A stretch of DNA of 64,000 nt. Source: an uncultured Gemmatimonadales bacterium (lineage in GTDB: Bacteria; Gemmatimonadota; Gemmatimonadetes; Longimicrobiales; Longimicrobiaceae). Of this stretch, positions 1 to 11,178 are shown piece by piece (the first letter of the stretch is position 1; each line of letters begins with the position of its first letter). The stretch covers positions 3,296,001 to 3,360,000 of the forward strand of contig OY970303.1 of assembly GCA_963716255.1 (NCBI GenBank), read 5' to 3'. A model generated the notes under the pieces. It made no database searches and was not told where the DNA came from. It was given only the letters and a program-made list of their open reading frames with translations. Position numbers and translations under genes: made by a program.

Positions 1-195
1 GGCCGCGCAGCCGACGAGAGCGGCCGACGGCCTGTAGGGCTGCGGCCGCGGGCCCGCGGGTACGGCCTCCACCATCCCGTGCCGCTCGGTCAGCAGCACG
101 GCGGCGCCGCAGTACGGGCAGCTGGCGGTGGTGGCGTGCGTGTCGGGGAGGGTGAGCGGCGCGGAGCAGGCGGGGCACTGGAGGCGTACGGGCAT
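1..195 (-). CDS. N-terminus of a zinc-ribbon protein (runs off the window)
   Basis: Hand translation from ATG at 195: MPVRLQCPACSAPLTLPDTHATTASCPYCGAAVLL, with two CxxC pairs. Confidence 0.65.
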   Translation of the reverse strand, partial: MPVRLQCPACSAPLTLPDTHATTASCPYCGAAVLLTERHGMVEAVPAGPRPQPYRPSAALVGCAA

Positions 196-286
196 CGGGC
201 ACCGTCGGCGGGAGGAGCGGGGTGGAGGCCGGGAGGATGTTAGCGCGCGGGGGCGGGCGATTCAACGGCCGCACCGGCCGGGCGGG

Positions 287-976
287 TCACGGGTCGTCCG
301 ACGTGTTGTCCGAGACGTCCTCCATGAAGAGCCGCGTGTGCGGGATCGTTTCCCGCCGCGTGCTTTCGCGCGCGACGATCCCTTCCCGCACGTGGCCGGT
401 GGTGGTCAGGCGGACGCCGGTGAGGAAGTTCTCGCTGACGAGCACGGTGTCGTCGCGGTCCAGGGGCCGCGTGTACGTGTAGTGGTCGCGACCGATCAGC
501 AGGAATCGGCCGGACGACGGGTCGTGGCGGAAGCGGTGCGTCAGGCTGACCACCCACGTCATCCCGTACAGCTGCTCGGCGACGAGCACTCCTCCGCGGA
601 TCTCCAGCTCCAGCGAGTACTGCGGCGCCGCCGTTTCCAGCAGGTCCGGCGCGACGCCCCCGCGCCGCAGGCTCCCGTCCGCCTGCGCGAGCAGGACCAC
701 CAGCGCGTGCCCCTCCGGCGCGGCGCTGAAGAGCGGGTCGTCCGGGGTGTCCGCGGCCACCAGGTGCAGCACGGTGTCGGCGCGGCCGTCGCGGTCCAGG
801 TCGCCCGTCACTCGCGCGGCCTCCCGCCACCCGCGCGGGACGAAGTCCGCGGCGCGCGCTCCCCGGGCGGGCACGTCGGACGGGCGGAGCCGCGGCGCGT
901 CCTGGGCGCGGGCGCCCGCCGGCGCGCACAGGCACGCCAGGGCGAGCAGCAGCGGGGTCGCGGCGCGGTGTCTCAC
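287..976 (-). CDS. Secreted hypothetical protein
   Basis: GTG start, signal peptide ending ARA-Q, GDLDRDGRAD Ca-loop-like motif; 3' part of ORF 287..1588. Confidence 0.7.
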   Translation of the reverse strand: MRHRAATPLLLALACLCAPAGARAQDAPRLRPSDVPARGARAADFVPRGWREAARVTGDLDRDGRADTVLHLVAADTPDDPLFSAAPEGHALVVLLAQADGSLRRGGVAPDLLETAAPQYSLELEIRGGVLVAEQLYGMTWVVSLTHRFRHDPSSGRFLLIGRDHYTYTRPLDRDDTVLVSENFLTGVRLTTTGHVREGIVARESTRRETIPHTRLFMEDVSDNTSDDP

Positions 977-1098
977 GGCGGGATGCTCCGGTGGGCGGGG
1001 CGCTGAGCGGCGGCGGGGGCGACTCGCCGCACTCGAAGGGATGTCGCGCTTCAACTCGGACGCCTGGGTCTGGCCTCGCATGCGCGTGGGCGGGGACC

Positions 1099-1554
1099 TC
1101 AGGCCTGCACGGTCGGGCGGCCGGGGAAGGAGTACGGCGAGCGGCGATGCTCGCGCTTCGCGTCGACCGACAGGGTGTCCTCGGCACGGTGGGCGGCGAG
1201 GACGAGCGCCGCGGCGAAGATGATGAGCGACGGGAAGAACAGGACGTTGGCGCCCTCCAGGTACCAGCCCCACGGGTCCACGATGGAGCGCCACACCCCG
1301 ATCAGCGTGGTCGCGGTGACGACCGCCAGCGCCGGATAGGCGATGCGGCGGGCGGCGCCGAGGACGATCAGCAGGCCCAGGATGATCTGGAGCACCCCGA
1401 AGGCCTTGAGGAGCGAGGCCGAGCTGAACAGCCCTAAGTAGAAGCCCTCGGAGACGAGCAGGCCGTGCTGCACGTTGACCAGCTTGTCCGCCCCCCAGAG
1501 GAGCATCAGGAGGCCCAGCGAGACGCGCAGTAGCAGGAGAGAAGCCGGTTTCAT
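1099..1554 (-). CDS. DoxX family membrane protein
   Basis: LLLLRVSLGLLMLLWGADKL N-terminus and about 4 hydrophobic helices. Confidence 0.8.
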   Translation of the reverse strand: MKPASLLLLRVSLGLLMLLWGADKLVNVQHGLLVSEGFYLGLFSSASLLKAFGVLQIILGLLIVLGAARRIAYPALAVVTATTLIGVWRSIVDPWGWYLEGANVLFFPSLIIFAAALVLAAHRAEDTLSVDAKREHRRSPYSFPGRPTVQA

Positions 1555-1655
1555 CGGGATCTCCGGGTGAGGGCACGAACGACACCAACCCGCAGGGTGC
1601 TCGTAAGTGGCGGAAAGATCAAGACCAGAGTTGGACCAAGCAAGACGGATTCTGT

Positions 1656-2066
1656 CTACTGCTCGACCGTTTCTTCAAGAAGGCGAAAGATGAAGCGCGA
1701 TGGGCGATCCATATGTTGAGCGACGTTCTCGACGCGGAGTTTGCCACGGTAAGTAAAATCCGTGTGGTGCTTGTCGCGATAGAATAAATGGATCTCGTCA
1801 CCTGGGTTCGTCGCCATCATCCGGCTCTCGGCAAAGTGATCCTTGGGTCCTTCCCAATCAAGCCGATCCCTCTCCAACCTGTTCTCATACTGTTCATAGC
1901 TGTTCTGCTTTTCGTGTGTGACGAACAAGATGATGTAGTTGGCTCCGCGTGGGGTGACAACGCCACGGGAGAGACCTTGATTCCCCTTGTAACCCCAAAG
2001 TGCCGCCAGATCGGTTCGGGAGTAAGTATCGCCTGATCGGATGGGCTTGAATGTGACGTTTGGCAT
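1656..2066 (-). CDS. Stand-alone SRA/DUF3427-like domain protein (lower GC)
   Basis: YSRxDLAxLWGY...RGVVTP...IILFVT...WEG...IHLFYR...FTYRG resembles the N-terminal domain of modification-dependent HNH nucleases; atypical codon usage. Confidence 0.55.
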   Translation of the reverse strand: MPNVTFKPIRSGDTYSRTDLAALWGYKGNQGLSRGVVTPRGANYIILFVTHEKQNSYEQYENRLERDRLDWEGPKDHFAESRMMATNPGDEIHLFYRDKHHTDFTYRGKLRVENVAQHMDRPSRFIFRLLEETVEQ

Positions 2067-2106
2067 AGACGAGGATGCGTGTCCAGGTGTAGACGGCTGA
2101 GTACCT

Positions 2107-2241
2107 CTAAGTCCTCTCGTACCCGGTTGAGCAACGCTTCGGCCCGTTCGCCGGGTTGCCCCACCAGGAGTGCTTAGCCCCTTCGCGCACGAGGATGCAC
2201 CAGTGCGCCGCCAGGTGGGCCAGCAGCGCGCGGCGCTTCAC
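2107..2241 (-). pseudogene. hicA: Truncated HicA toxin
   Basis: GTGA overlap with the hicB stop; VKRRALLAHLAAHWCILVREGAKHSWWGNPANG then unrelated sequence and TAG (44 aa). Confidence 0.7.
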
Positions 2242-2459
2242 GCAGCCGGGCTGACCCGGACCTCTTCATACGGGGCGCCCTGTGCCGCAGCCAGAGCATC
2301 CGCGCGGTTCATTTCCAGCGCTTCCTCCAGAGCAGAGCGGAGGTTGTCTAGCAGCTCTTCCCGCGTTGTGCCCTGTGAGTTGACACCGGGCACCTCGTCA
2401 ATCCAGCCGATCCACCACGGGTCGCGCCGCTGGACCACCGCCATGTAACCTGCTTCCAT
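2238..2459 (-). CDS. hicB: HicB family antitoxin
   Basis: MEAGYMAVVQRRDPWWIGWIDEVPGVNSQGTTREELLDNLRSALEEAL, a typical short HicB. Confidence 0.85.
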   Translation of the reverse strand: MEAGYMAVVQRRDPWWIGWIDEVPGVNSQGTTREELLDNLRSALEEALEMNRADALAAAQGAPYEEVRVSPAA

Positions 2460-2536
2460 GGTCATCCCGGGGTTCGGGTCTCTCGTCTTCACGGTAGCGA
2501 ACCGCCTGCCCGCGCGAAAGCGGGCTGAGTCCTCCG

Positions 2537-2755
2537 CTATGCAACCCGTGCTCGACGCGCACGCATGAACGGCCACAGCACGACGGCGAGCCCGGCGGCC
2601 AGGAAACCGACGCCGATCCAGCCCGACACCGGCTCCGCCACGCCGTCGTCGAAGTAATCGAAGAGGTAGAGCGCGAGCTGGACCCCGGCGAGCACCCCGA
2701 GCAGGTAGATGGACAGGGTGCCCAGGAGAGAATGCTCCGTGCGCTGCCTGAACAT
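2537..2755 (-). CDS. Small two-helix membrane protein
   Basis: GGAGG SD, MFRQRTEHSLLGTLSIYLLG..., two TM segments. Confidence 0.65.
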   Translation of the reverse strand: MFRQRTEHSLLGTLSIYLLGVLAGVQLALYLFDYFDDGVAEPVSGWIGVGFLAAGLAVVLWPFMRARRARVA

Positions 2756-2907
2756 GAGCGACCTCCGGTTCGAGTGCCGTGCCGCGACCCGGGGAGCCGT
2801 ACGTGCGGGCGGACGCACGGGTTTCCCGCCGCGGCACGACGAAAACCACACGCAGCGTACGAGGGCGAGCGTCGGTCCGTGCGCCACGCCGCCGCCGACG
2901 GAGCTGG

Positions 2908-4359
2908 TCAGGCGGGCCCCGCCGACTCCACCTCCGCCACGACACCCGCCGCCAGCTCCCGCATCGACTCCCAGAACCCCGCCACGTGCTCCGCGGTGAG
3001 CGCCGGCGACAGCGCCATCCAGCGGATCGCGCGGACGCCGCCGACGACCGTGGTCGAGATCCAGCTGCGCCCGTCGCGCACCACCGCGTCCACCACCCGG
3101 TCCTGGAGCGCCCCGAGCGCGCCCTCCGCCACCTCCGCCGGCCGGTAGCGGAAGCACAGGATGTTGAGGTCCGGCGGCACCACGATCTCCCAGTCGGCGT
3201 CCTCCTCCAGCCGCTCCACCAGCCAGGCGGTGAGCGCCATGTGCCGGTCGATCACCTCCTCGTACCACTCCACCCCCAGCGCCTTCAGCGACACCCACAG
3301 CTTGAGCGCGTCCATGCGCTTGCTCCCCACGATCCCCCAGCGCCGGAAGTCCGTGCGGTCGTCGTCGTCCGTGGGGATGTAGACCGCGTCCGCCGAGAAA
3401 GTGCGCGGCAGCGCCTCCGGGTCGCGGGTGAGCACCGCTCCCGCCGCGATGGGGAGGAAGAACCACTTGTGCGGGTCGAAGGTGATGGAGTCCGCCCGCT
3501 CCACCCCCGCCAGCAGCCCCCGGTGCCGCGCCGACACCAGCGCCCCGCTCCCCCAGGCCGCGTCCACGTGCAGCCACAGCCCCTCCTCCTCCGCCAGGTC
3601 CGCCAGCGGCGCCACCGGGTCGATGGCGCCCGCGCTGGTGGTGCCCGCCGTCGCCACCAGCGCGAAGGGACGCCGGCCCGCCGCCCGGTCCGCGCGGACC
3701 TGCGCGCGGAGCGCGTCCACGTCGATGCGCGAACGGGCGTCCACGGCCGCGGGGCGGAGGCCGGACGTCCCCAGCCCCAGCGTGGTGGCTGCCTTCTTGA
3801 AGGAGTAGTGCGCCTCGGCCGAGACGTAGAAGACCGGCTGCTGGCGGAGCGCCTGGAGCCCGCCCTCCAGCGACTCGGGGAGCCGGTGGGCGACGGCGGC
3901 GCGCAGGGCCACCAGGTTGGCGACGCTGCCGCCGCTGGTGAACGTGCCCGCGGCCCGGGCGGGGTAGCCCACCAGGTCGCAGAGCCAGCGGACCACCCGC
4001 TTCTCCACCGCCGTGCCCGAGGGCGAGTGCGACCAGGCCGCCATGTTCTGGTTGAGCGCGGCCACCACCACCTCGGTGAGCACCGCCGGCATCACCGGCG
4101 TGGGGTTCATCAGCCCGAAGTAGCGCGGGTGGGGGATCCCCAGCGCGGCGGGGACCACCCTGGAGCGCACCTCCGCGAAGGCCGCGTCGAAGCCCAGGCC
4201 GCGGCGGGGGATGGGCTCGTCGAAGAGCGCGTCGCTCCCGGCGGGGGTGATCTCCGGGGTGATGGGGCGCGCCTCCAGGCCGCCGTAGTAGTCGGCGACC
4301 CAGCGGACCACCTGCTCGCCCATGCGCGCGATCTCCTCGGGGGCCCACTGGTCTCGCAT
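2908..4359 (-). CDS. PLP-dependent group II amino-acid decarboxylase
   Basis: HPRYFG, GTFTSGGSVAN, AGTTSAGAID, HVDAAWG, DPHKW motifs. Confidence 0.9.
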   Translation of the reverse strand: MRDQWAPEEIARMGEQVVRWVADYYGGLEARPITPEITPAGSDALFDEPIPRRGLGFDAAFAEVRSRVVPAALGIPHPRYFGLMNPTPVMPAVLTEVVVAALNQNMAAWSHSPSGTAVEKRVVRWLCDLVGYPARAAGTFTSGGSVANLVALRAAVAHRLPESLEGGLQALRQQPVFYVSAEAHYSFKKAATTLGLGTSGLRPAAVDARSRIDVDALRAQVRADRAAGRRPFALVATAGTTSAGAIDPVAPLADLAEEEGLWLHVDAAWGSGALVSARHRGLLAGVERADSITFDPHKWFFLPIAAGAVLTRDPEALPRTFSADAVYIPTDDDDRTDFRRWGIVGSKRMDALKLWVSLKALGVEWYEEVIDRHMALTAWLVERLEEDADWEIVVPPDLNILCFRYRPAEVAEGALGALQDRVVDAVVRDGRSWISTTVVGGVRAIRWMALSPALTAEHVAGFWESMRELAAGVVAEVESAGPA

Positions 4360-4512
4360 GCGGAACGGTCCTGGCGGGGGTGGATGGACGGACGGGCAAT
4401 GTAACGATTCGCCCGGCGCGCGCGAGCCGGCTCGCGCGCGAGTTGACATCCGGCCGGCGGGCGCCGCACCGTGCGGGGCGGCCGTGCACACGACGCGACA
4501 GGGAGGAACGCG

Positions 4513-6333
<1,821 letters not shown>

Positions 6334-6340
6334 AGGGCGG

Positions 6341-6462
6341 CCCTCACCCGGCTCGCTTGAGGCTCGCCACCCTTTCCCAATTCTGGGAGAGGGTGCCAAC
6401 TGCGGGTCCGGTGTAGTTCTCCCCCTCTCACGCTTGCGGGGGAGGGGGCCGGGGGGAGGGGG
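6341..6462. repeat. REP-like CCCTC(T/C)CCC..GGG(A/G)GAGGG palindrome cluster (family 2)
   Basis: 6341-6393 is close to the reverse complement of 36682-36734; 6421-6462 is the reverse complement of 10184-10225 with one mismatch. Confidence 0.85.
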
Positions 6463-6468
6463 CCCCCG

Positions 6469-6516
6469 CGGACGCCAGCGCGAAGCCCGACCCCGGCGCC
6501 AGCCGGGGGCACGCCC
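6469..6516 (+). repeat. Internally deleted copy of the structured family-1 element
   Basis: Flank GGACGCCAGCGCGAAGCC joined directly to CGACCCCGGCGCCAGCCGGGGGCACGCCC. Confidence 0.85.
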
Positions 6517-6605
6517 GAAGCTGGAAGCCGTTGCCGTAGATCCAGCCATTGACGCACCTGCTAGCATAAGCGGACGAGCACACGCGCGACCCGGAGACAA
6601 GGACG

Positions 6606-8270
6606 ATGGCGAAACCGGTACTGCTGACGGTGGACGACGACCCGGACGTGCTGCGGGCCGTGGAGCGCGACCTGCGGCGCCGCTTCGGCGGGGAGTTCCG
6701 CGTGCTGCGGGCGGACGGCGGGGAGAGCGCGCTGGAGGCGCTGCGGCAGGTGAAGCAGCGCGGCGACGAGGTGGCGCTCTTCCTGGTGGACCAGCGGATG
6801 CCGCGGATGAACGGGGTGGAGATGCTGGAAAAGGCCATCCCCATGTTCCCGGAGGCGAAGCGGGTGCTGCTGACCGCCTACGCGGACACGGACGCGGCGA
6901 TCCGCGCCATCAACGACACCCACGTGGACCACTACCTCCTCAAGCCGTGGGACCCGCCGGAGGAGCTGCTGTACCCGGTGCTGGAGGACCTGCTGGAGGA
7001 CTGGCGCGGCAACCGCAAGCCCGTGCCGCTGGAAGGGGTGCGCCTGGTGGGGCACCGCTGGTCGCCGCGGGCGCACGCGCTCAAGGACTTCCTGGCCCGC
7101 AACGGCGTGCCCTACACCTGGCTGGACGTGGAGGCCGGCACCGAGGGGTGCGACCTGCTGGAGCAGACGGGGATGGCGGACGCCCGGCTGCCGGTGGTGC
7201 TCCTCCCGGACGGGCCGCCGCTGGAGGACCCGGAGATCACTGCGCTGGCGGGGCGGGTGGGCTTCCAGATGAAGCCGGAGCTCCCCTTCTACGACCTGGC
7301 CATCGTGGGCGGAGGGCCGTCCGGCCTGGCGGCGGCGGTGTACGGCGCCAGCGAGGGGCTGCGTACCCTGCTCATCGAGCGGGAAGCGCCGGGCGGGCAG
7401 GCGGGGCAGAGCTCGCGCATCGAGAACTACCTGGGCTTTCCCTCCGGGCTCTCGGGGGCGGACCTGGCGCGGCGGGCGGTGGCGCAGGCGCGCAAGTTCG
7501 GGGTGGAGATCCTGAGCCCGCTGGAGGTGTGCGGGCTGCGGGTGGACGGCCCCTACCGCCACCTGCAGATGCGCGACGGGAGCGAGATCTCCTGCCACTC
7601 GCTGATCATCACCTCGGGGGTGTCGTACCGGAAGCTGGAGGCGCCCGGCATCGACCGGCTCACGGCGGCGGGGGTGTACTACGGCGCGGCCATGACCGAG
7701 GCGATGAGCTGCAAGGACGTGGGCGTGTACGTGGTGGGCGGGGGGAACTCGGCGGGGCAGGCGGCGATGTTCTTTTCGCGCTACGCCAGCGAGGTCACCA
7801 TCCTGGTGCGCGGCGAGGGGCTGGCCGCCACCATGTCGCGCTACCTCATCGACCAGATCGAGGAGACGCCCACCGTGCGCGTGTCGCCCTTCACGCAGGT
7901 GGTGGAGGCGCACGGCGACGAGCACCTGGAGGCGCTGACCCTGCTGCACACGGACAGCGGCGCCCGCGAAACGGTGCCGGCCACGGCGCTGTTCATCTTC
8001 ATCGGCGCCATGCCGCGCACGGACTGGCTGGAGGGCACGGTGCAGCGCGACCGCTACGGCTTCATCCCCACCGGCGCGGAGCTGCTGCGCGAGGGAAAGC
8101 GCCCGCGCGGGTGGGACGCGGACCGCGAGCCGTTCCTGCTGGAGGCCAGCGTCCCGGGGGTGTTCGCCGCGGGCGACGTGCGCGCCGGCTCGGTGAAGCG
8201 TGTGGCCTCGGGGGTGGGCGAGGGGGCGATCGCCGTGTCGTTCGTGCACCAGTACCTGGCGCGGCTATGA
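6606..8270 (+). CDS. Response-regulator receiver domain fused to a thioredoxin reductase-like FAD oxidoreductase
   Basis: VDDD..DQRMP..LLTAY..KPW receiver; GGGPSG, IENYLGFP, GGGNSA, GVFAAGD motifs. Confidence 0.92.
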   Translation: MAKPVLLTVDDDPDVLRAVERDLRRRFGGEFRVLRADGGESALEALRQVKQRGDEVALFLVDQRMPRMNGVEMLEKAIPMFPEAKRVLLTAYADTDAAIRAINDTHVDHYLLKPWDPPEELLYPVLEDLLEDWRGNRKPVPLEGVRLVGHRWSPRAHALKDFLARNGVPYTWLDVEAGTEGCDLLEQTGMADARLPVVLLPDGPPLEDPEITALAGRVGFQMKPELPFYDLAIVGGGPSGLAAAVYGASEGLRTLLIEREAPGGQAGQSSRIENYLGFPSGLSGADLARRAVAQARKFGVEILSPLEVCGLRVDGPYRHLQMRDGSEISCHSLIITSGVSYRKLEAPGIDRLTAAGVYYGAAMTEAMSCKDVGVYVVGGGNSAGQAAMFFSRYASEVTILVRGEGLAATMSRYLIDQIEETPTVRVSPFTQVVEAHGDEHLEALTLLHTDSGARETVPATALFIFIGAMPRTDWLEGTVQRDRYGFIPTGAELLREGKRPRGWDADREPFLLEASVPGVFAAGDVRAGSVKRVASGVGEGAIAVSFVHQYLARL

Positions 8271-9640
8271 AGCCCATCCCCTCGGACCCGGGGCTGCTGC
8301 GCGCCGTCACGGTGCTGGCGGACCTCCCGGACGCGGACCTGGAGTGGCTGGCGGCCCACGGCACCTGGCTGGAGTACGAGCACGGCGAGGTGGCGAACCG
8401 CGCCGGCTCCCCGGCGGATTCCATGGTGCTGCTGCTGGAGGGCGAGCTCCAGGCGCGCCGCCCGGAAACGGGCGACGAGGTGGTCTTCCGCGCCGGGGCG
8501 GGGGAGGTCACGGCGCTGCTCCCCTTTTCCCGCATGACGCACTTCGTGGCGGAGACGCGCGCCTTCGGGACCACGCGCCTGGTGCGCATTCCGCGCGAGG
8601 TGTTCCCGGAGATGCTGCGCGCCATTCCGGTGCTGGAAGAGCGGCTGGTGGCGCTGATGACGGACCGCGTGCGCGAGACCACCCGCCGCGACCAGCAGCG
8701 CGAGAAGCTGATGGCGCTGGGGCGCCTCTCGGCCGGGCTGGCGCACGAGCTCAACAACCCGGCCTCCGCCGCGGTGCGCGCCGCGCACGACCTGGCGGGC
8801 GCTCTCTCGGACGCGCAGCGTCGCACCGCGGTGCTGGCGGAGCGGCTGGGCGTGCAGGGGGTGCTCGCGCTGGAGGAGCACCTGCGCGGCCTGGAGCCGC
8901 CCCCCGCGGCGGACCCGCTGGCGCGCAGCGACCAGGAGGAGCGGGTGGCGGAGTGGCTGGAGGCGCACGGCGCGGCGGAGGGGTGGGAGTGGGCGCCCAC
9001 GCTGGTGGAGGCGGGGGTGGACAACGCCTGCCTGGTGGAGATGGAGGAGGACTCGGACGGGGCGCTCACGGAAACGCTGGGGTGGCTGGAGGCCACGCTG
9101 CGGGTGCGGCAGCTGCTGCACGCGGTGGAGGGGAGCACGGGGCGCATCTCCGCCCTGGTGAAGGCGGTGAAGAGCTACACCTACATGGACCAGGCGGCGC
9201 GCAAGGAGGTGGACCTGCACGAGGGGCTGGAAAGCACGCTCACGCTGCTGGGCCACAAGCTGCGCGGCATCGAGGTGAAGCGCGACTACCGCCGCGACCT
9301 CCCGCGCGTCCCCGCCTACGGAGGCGACCTGAACCAGGTGTGGACCAACCTGATCGACAACGCCGCCGACGCCATGGGCGGCTCGGGGACGCTGCGAGTG
9401 CGCACCGGCGCGGAGAACGGCCGGGTCCTGGTGGAGATCGCCGACACGGGCCCCGGGATCCCGCCGGACGTGATGGGGCGCATGTGGGACCCGTTCTTCA
9501 CCACCAAGGAGCCCGGCAAGGGCACCGGCCTGGGGCTGGAGATCGCCCGCCGCATCGTGGAGGAAAAGCACGGCGGCGAGATCGAGGTGGAGTCGCGCCC
9601 GGGGGAAACGAAGTTCTGCGTGTGGCTGCCGATGGAGTGA
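8267..9640 (+). CDS. Sensor histidine kinase with N-terminal cNMP-binding-like domain
   Basis: ATGA overlap; LAHELNNP H-box, NLIDNA, DTGPGI, FFTTK, GTGLGL. Confidence 0.92.
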   Translation: MKPIPSDPGLLRAVTVLADLPDADLEWLAAHGTWLEYEHGEVANRAGSPADSMVLLLEGELQARRPETGDEVVFRAGAGEVTALLPFSRMTHFVAETRAFGTTRLVRIPREVFPEMLRAIPVLEERLVALMTDRVRETTRRDQQREKLMALGRLSAGLAHELNNPASAAVRAAHDLAGALSDAQRRTAVLAERLGVQGVLALEEHLRGLEPPPAADPLARSDQEERVAEWLEAHGAAEGWEWAPTLVEAGVDNACLVEMEEDSDGALTETLGWLEATLRVRQLLHAVEGSTGRISALVKAVKSYTYMDQAARKEVDLHEGLESTLTLLGHKLRGIEVKRDYRRDLPRVPAYGGDLNQVWTNLIDNAADAMGGSGTLRVRTGAENGRVLVEIADTGPGIPPDVMGRMWDPFFTTKEPGKGTGLGLEIARRIVEEKHGGEIEVESRPGETKFCVWLPME

Positions 9641-9702
9641 CGAAGGGAAGAGCGAAAGTGCTCGAGTGCGAAGGTGCGGGGACCTGAAACGGAGAGGGTG
9701 GG

Positions 9703-9969
9703 ATGAAGAAGTGTACGCACACGGACCAGATGGACCCGGACGTCCGGCCGCGGACGCCGGACGGCTGCGAGGAGTGCCTGAAGTCGGGCAGTTGGTGGGT
9801 GCACCTGCGCCTGTGCGAGACGTGCGGCCACGTGGGGTGCTGCGACTCGTCGCCCAACAAGCACGCTACTAAGCACTTTCACGCCAGCGGTCACCCCATC
9901 GTGCAGTCGTTCGAGCCGGGGGAGGACTGGCGCTGGTGCTACGTCGACGAGGTGGAAGTCCAGGTGTGA
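9703..9969 (+). CDS. UBP-type zinc finger protein
   Basis: CEEC..WVHLRLCETCGHVGCCDSSPNKHATKH. Confidence 0.92.
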   Translation: MKKCTHTDQMDPDVRPRTPDGCEECLKSGSWWVHLRLCETCGHVGCCDSSPNKHATKHFHASGHPIVQSFEPGEDWRWCYVDEVEVQV

Positions 9970-10183
9970 GGAGATCTTCGAGTGTCGTGGACGGGCCGCT
10001 CCGGAGCCGGACGATACTGCCGTCCGTCTCCTGCGCGGGCTCCGGGAGCCTCCTCGGTCGGCACGGAACTGCTGTGCCGACGCTGCGGGGTCTCCCTCCG
10101 CCGGGGGGAGCCTCGCCAAACAGCCGGCGAGTCTCCCCCCGAACAGATTCTGGGGGGTACTGCGGGGAACGGCGAACGGCGGG

Positions 10184-10225
10184 CCCCCTCCCCCCGGCCC
10201 CCTCCCCCGCAAGCGGGAGAGGGGG
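10184..10225. repeat. REP-like family-2 palindrome
   Basis: CCCCCTCCCCCCGGCCCCCTCCCCCGCAAGCGGGAGAGGGGG. Confidence 0.8.
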
Positions 10226-10305
10226 AGCACGGCACGCCGTCCTCCGGTGTGTAGCGTAACTCCGTACTTCACTTCCATGTTCTTCCTTTTTGCGTCGGAG
10301 GCCGC

Positions 10306-10800
10306 ATGACGCCGGCGAAGCGGCTCAACGTGAGTGCGGGGCTCCTGCTCTTCCGGCGCGGCGAGGCGGGGGTGGAGGTGTTCCTTGCGCATCCCGGCGG
10401 CCCGTTCTGGGCCGGGCGCGACGAAGGCGCCTGGACCATCCCCAAGGGGGTGGTGGAGGAGGGCGAGGACGCGCTGGACGCGGCGCGCCGCGAGTTCGAG
10501 GAGGAGACGGGGCTGGTGCCGCGCGGTCCCTTTCTCCCGCTCGGCAGCATCCGCCAGAAGGCGGGGAAGACGGTGCACGCCTGGGCCTGGGAGGGCGACG
10601 CGGACCCGGACGCCGTGCGCAGCAACACCATGCGCACCGAGTGGCCGCGAAGCTCCGGCCGCTGGATCACCTTTCCCGAGGTGGACCGCTGCGCCTGGTT
10701 CGAACCGGCGACGGCGCGCGCGAAGATGAATGCCGCCCAGGCGGAGCTCGTGGACCGGCTGGAGGCGCTGCTGGAAGGGACGGAAGGGAACAGGGAATAG
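10306..10800 (+). CDS. NUDIX hydrolase
   Basis: HPGGPFW, PKG..EEGED..AARREFEEETG Nudix box, FPEVDR. Confidence 0.9.
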   Translation: MTPAKRLNVSAGLLLFRRGEAGVEVFLAHPGGPFWAGRDEGAWTIPKGVVEEGEDALDAARREFEEETGLVPRGPFLPLGSIRQKAGKTVHAWAWEGDADPDAVRSNTMRTEWPRSSGRWITFPEVDRCAWFEPATARAKMNAAQAELVDRLEALLEGTEGNRE

Positions 10801-10854
10801 GGAACGGCCTGCTTCATTCGGTTCACGCGCAGCGTGAAGCGCCACGACGACGAT

Positions 10855-10980
10855 CCCCTCCCCCGGCCCCTCCCCGCAAGGGGGAGGGGAGAACGACACG
10901 GTGGATGGGAGCGCCAGCATGGAGATTCCCCTCCCCCGGAACGGGGGAGGGTGGCGAGCCTCAAGCGAGCCGGGTGGGGG
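10855..10980. repeat. REP-like family-2 palindrome cluster
   Basis: Two C-rich/G-rich hairpins; linker shared with 24243-24366. Confidence 0.8.
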
Positions 10981-11006
10981 CCCCCGCGGACGCCAGCGCG
11001 GGCCCC

Positions 11007-11135
11007 GCGTGAGGGATTCCGGCCCGAAGGGGCGAGACCCGGCGGCAGTTTGCCGGGGCTCGACTCCGTTGGGCTGCGTTGTTTGCAGCCCTACGGAGCC
11101 GAAGCCCGACCCCGGCGCCAGCCGGGGGCACGCCC
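11007..11135 (+). ncRNA. Structured repeat family 1 (Flavo-1-like candidate), copy B
   Basis: GCGTGAGGGA...GCACGCCC, four internal hairpins; variable stem GGGCTGCG/TGCAGCCC. Confidence 0.7.
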
Positions 11136-11178
11136 AACCCCGCCGTTCAAGCCGTCCATCCGTCCGCTTACGGCAAGA

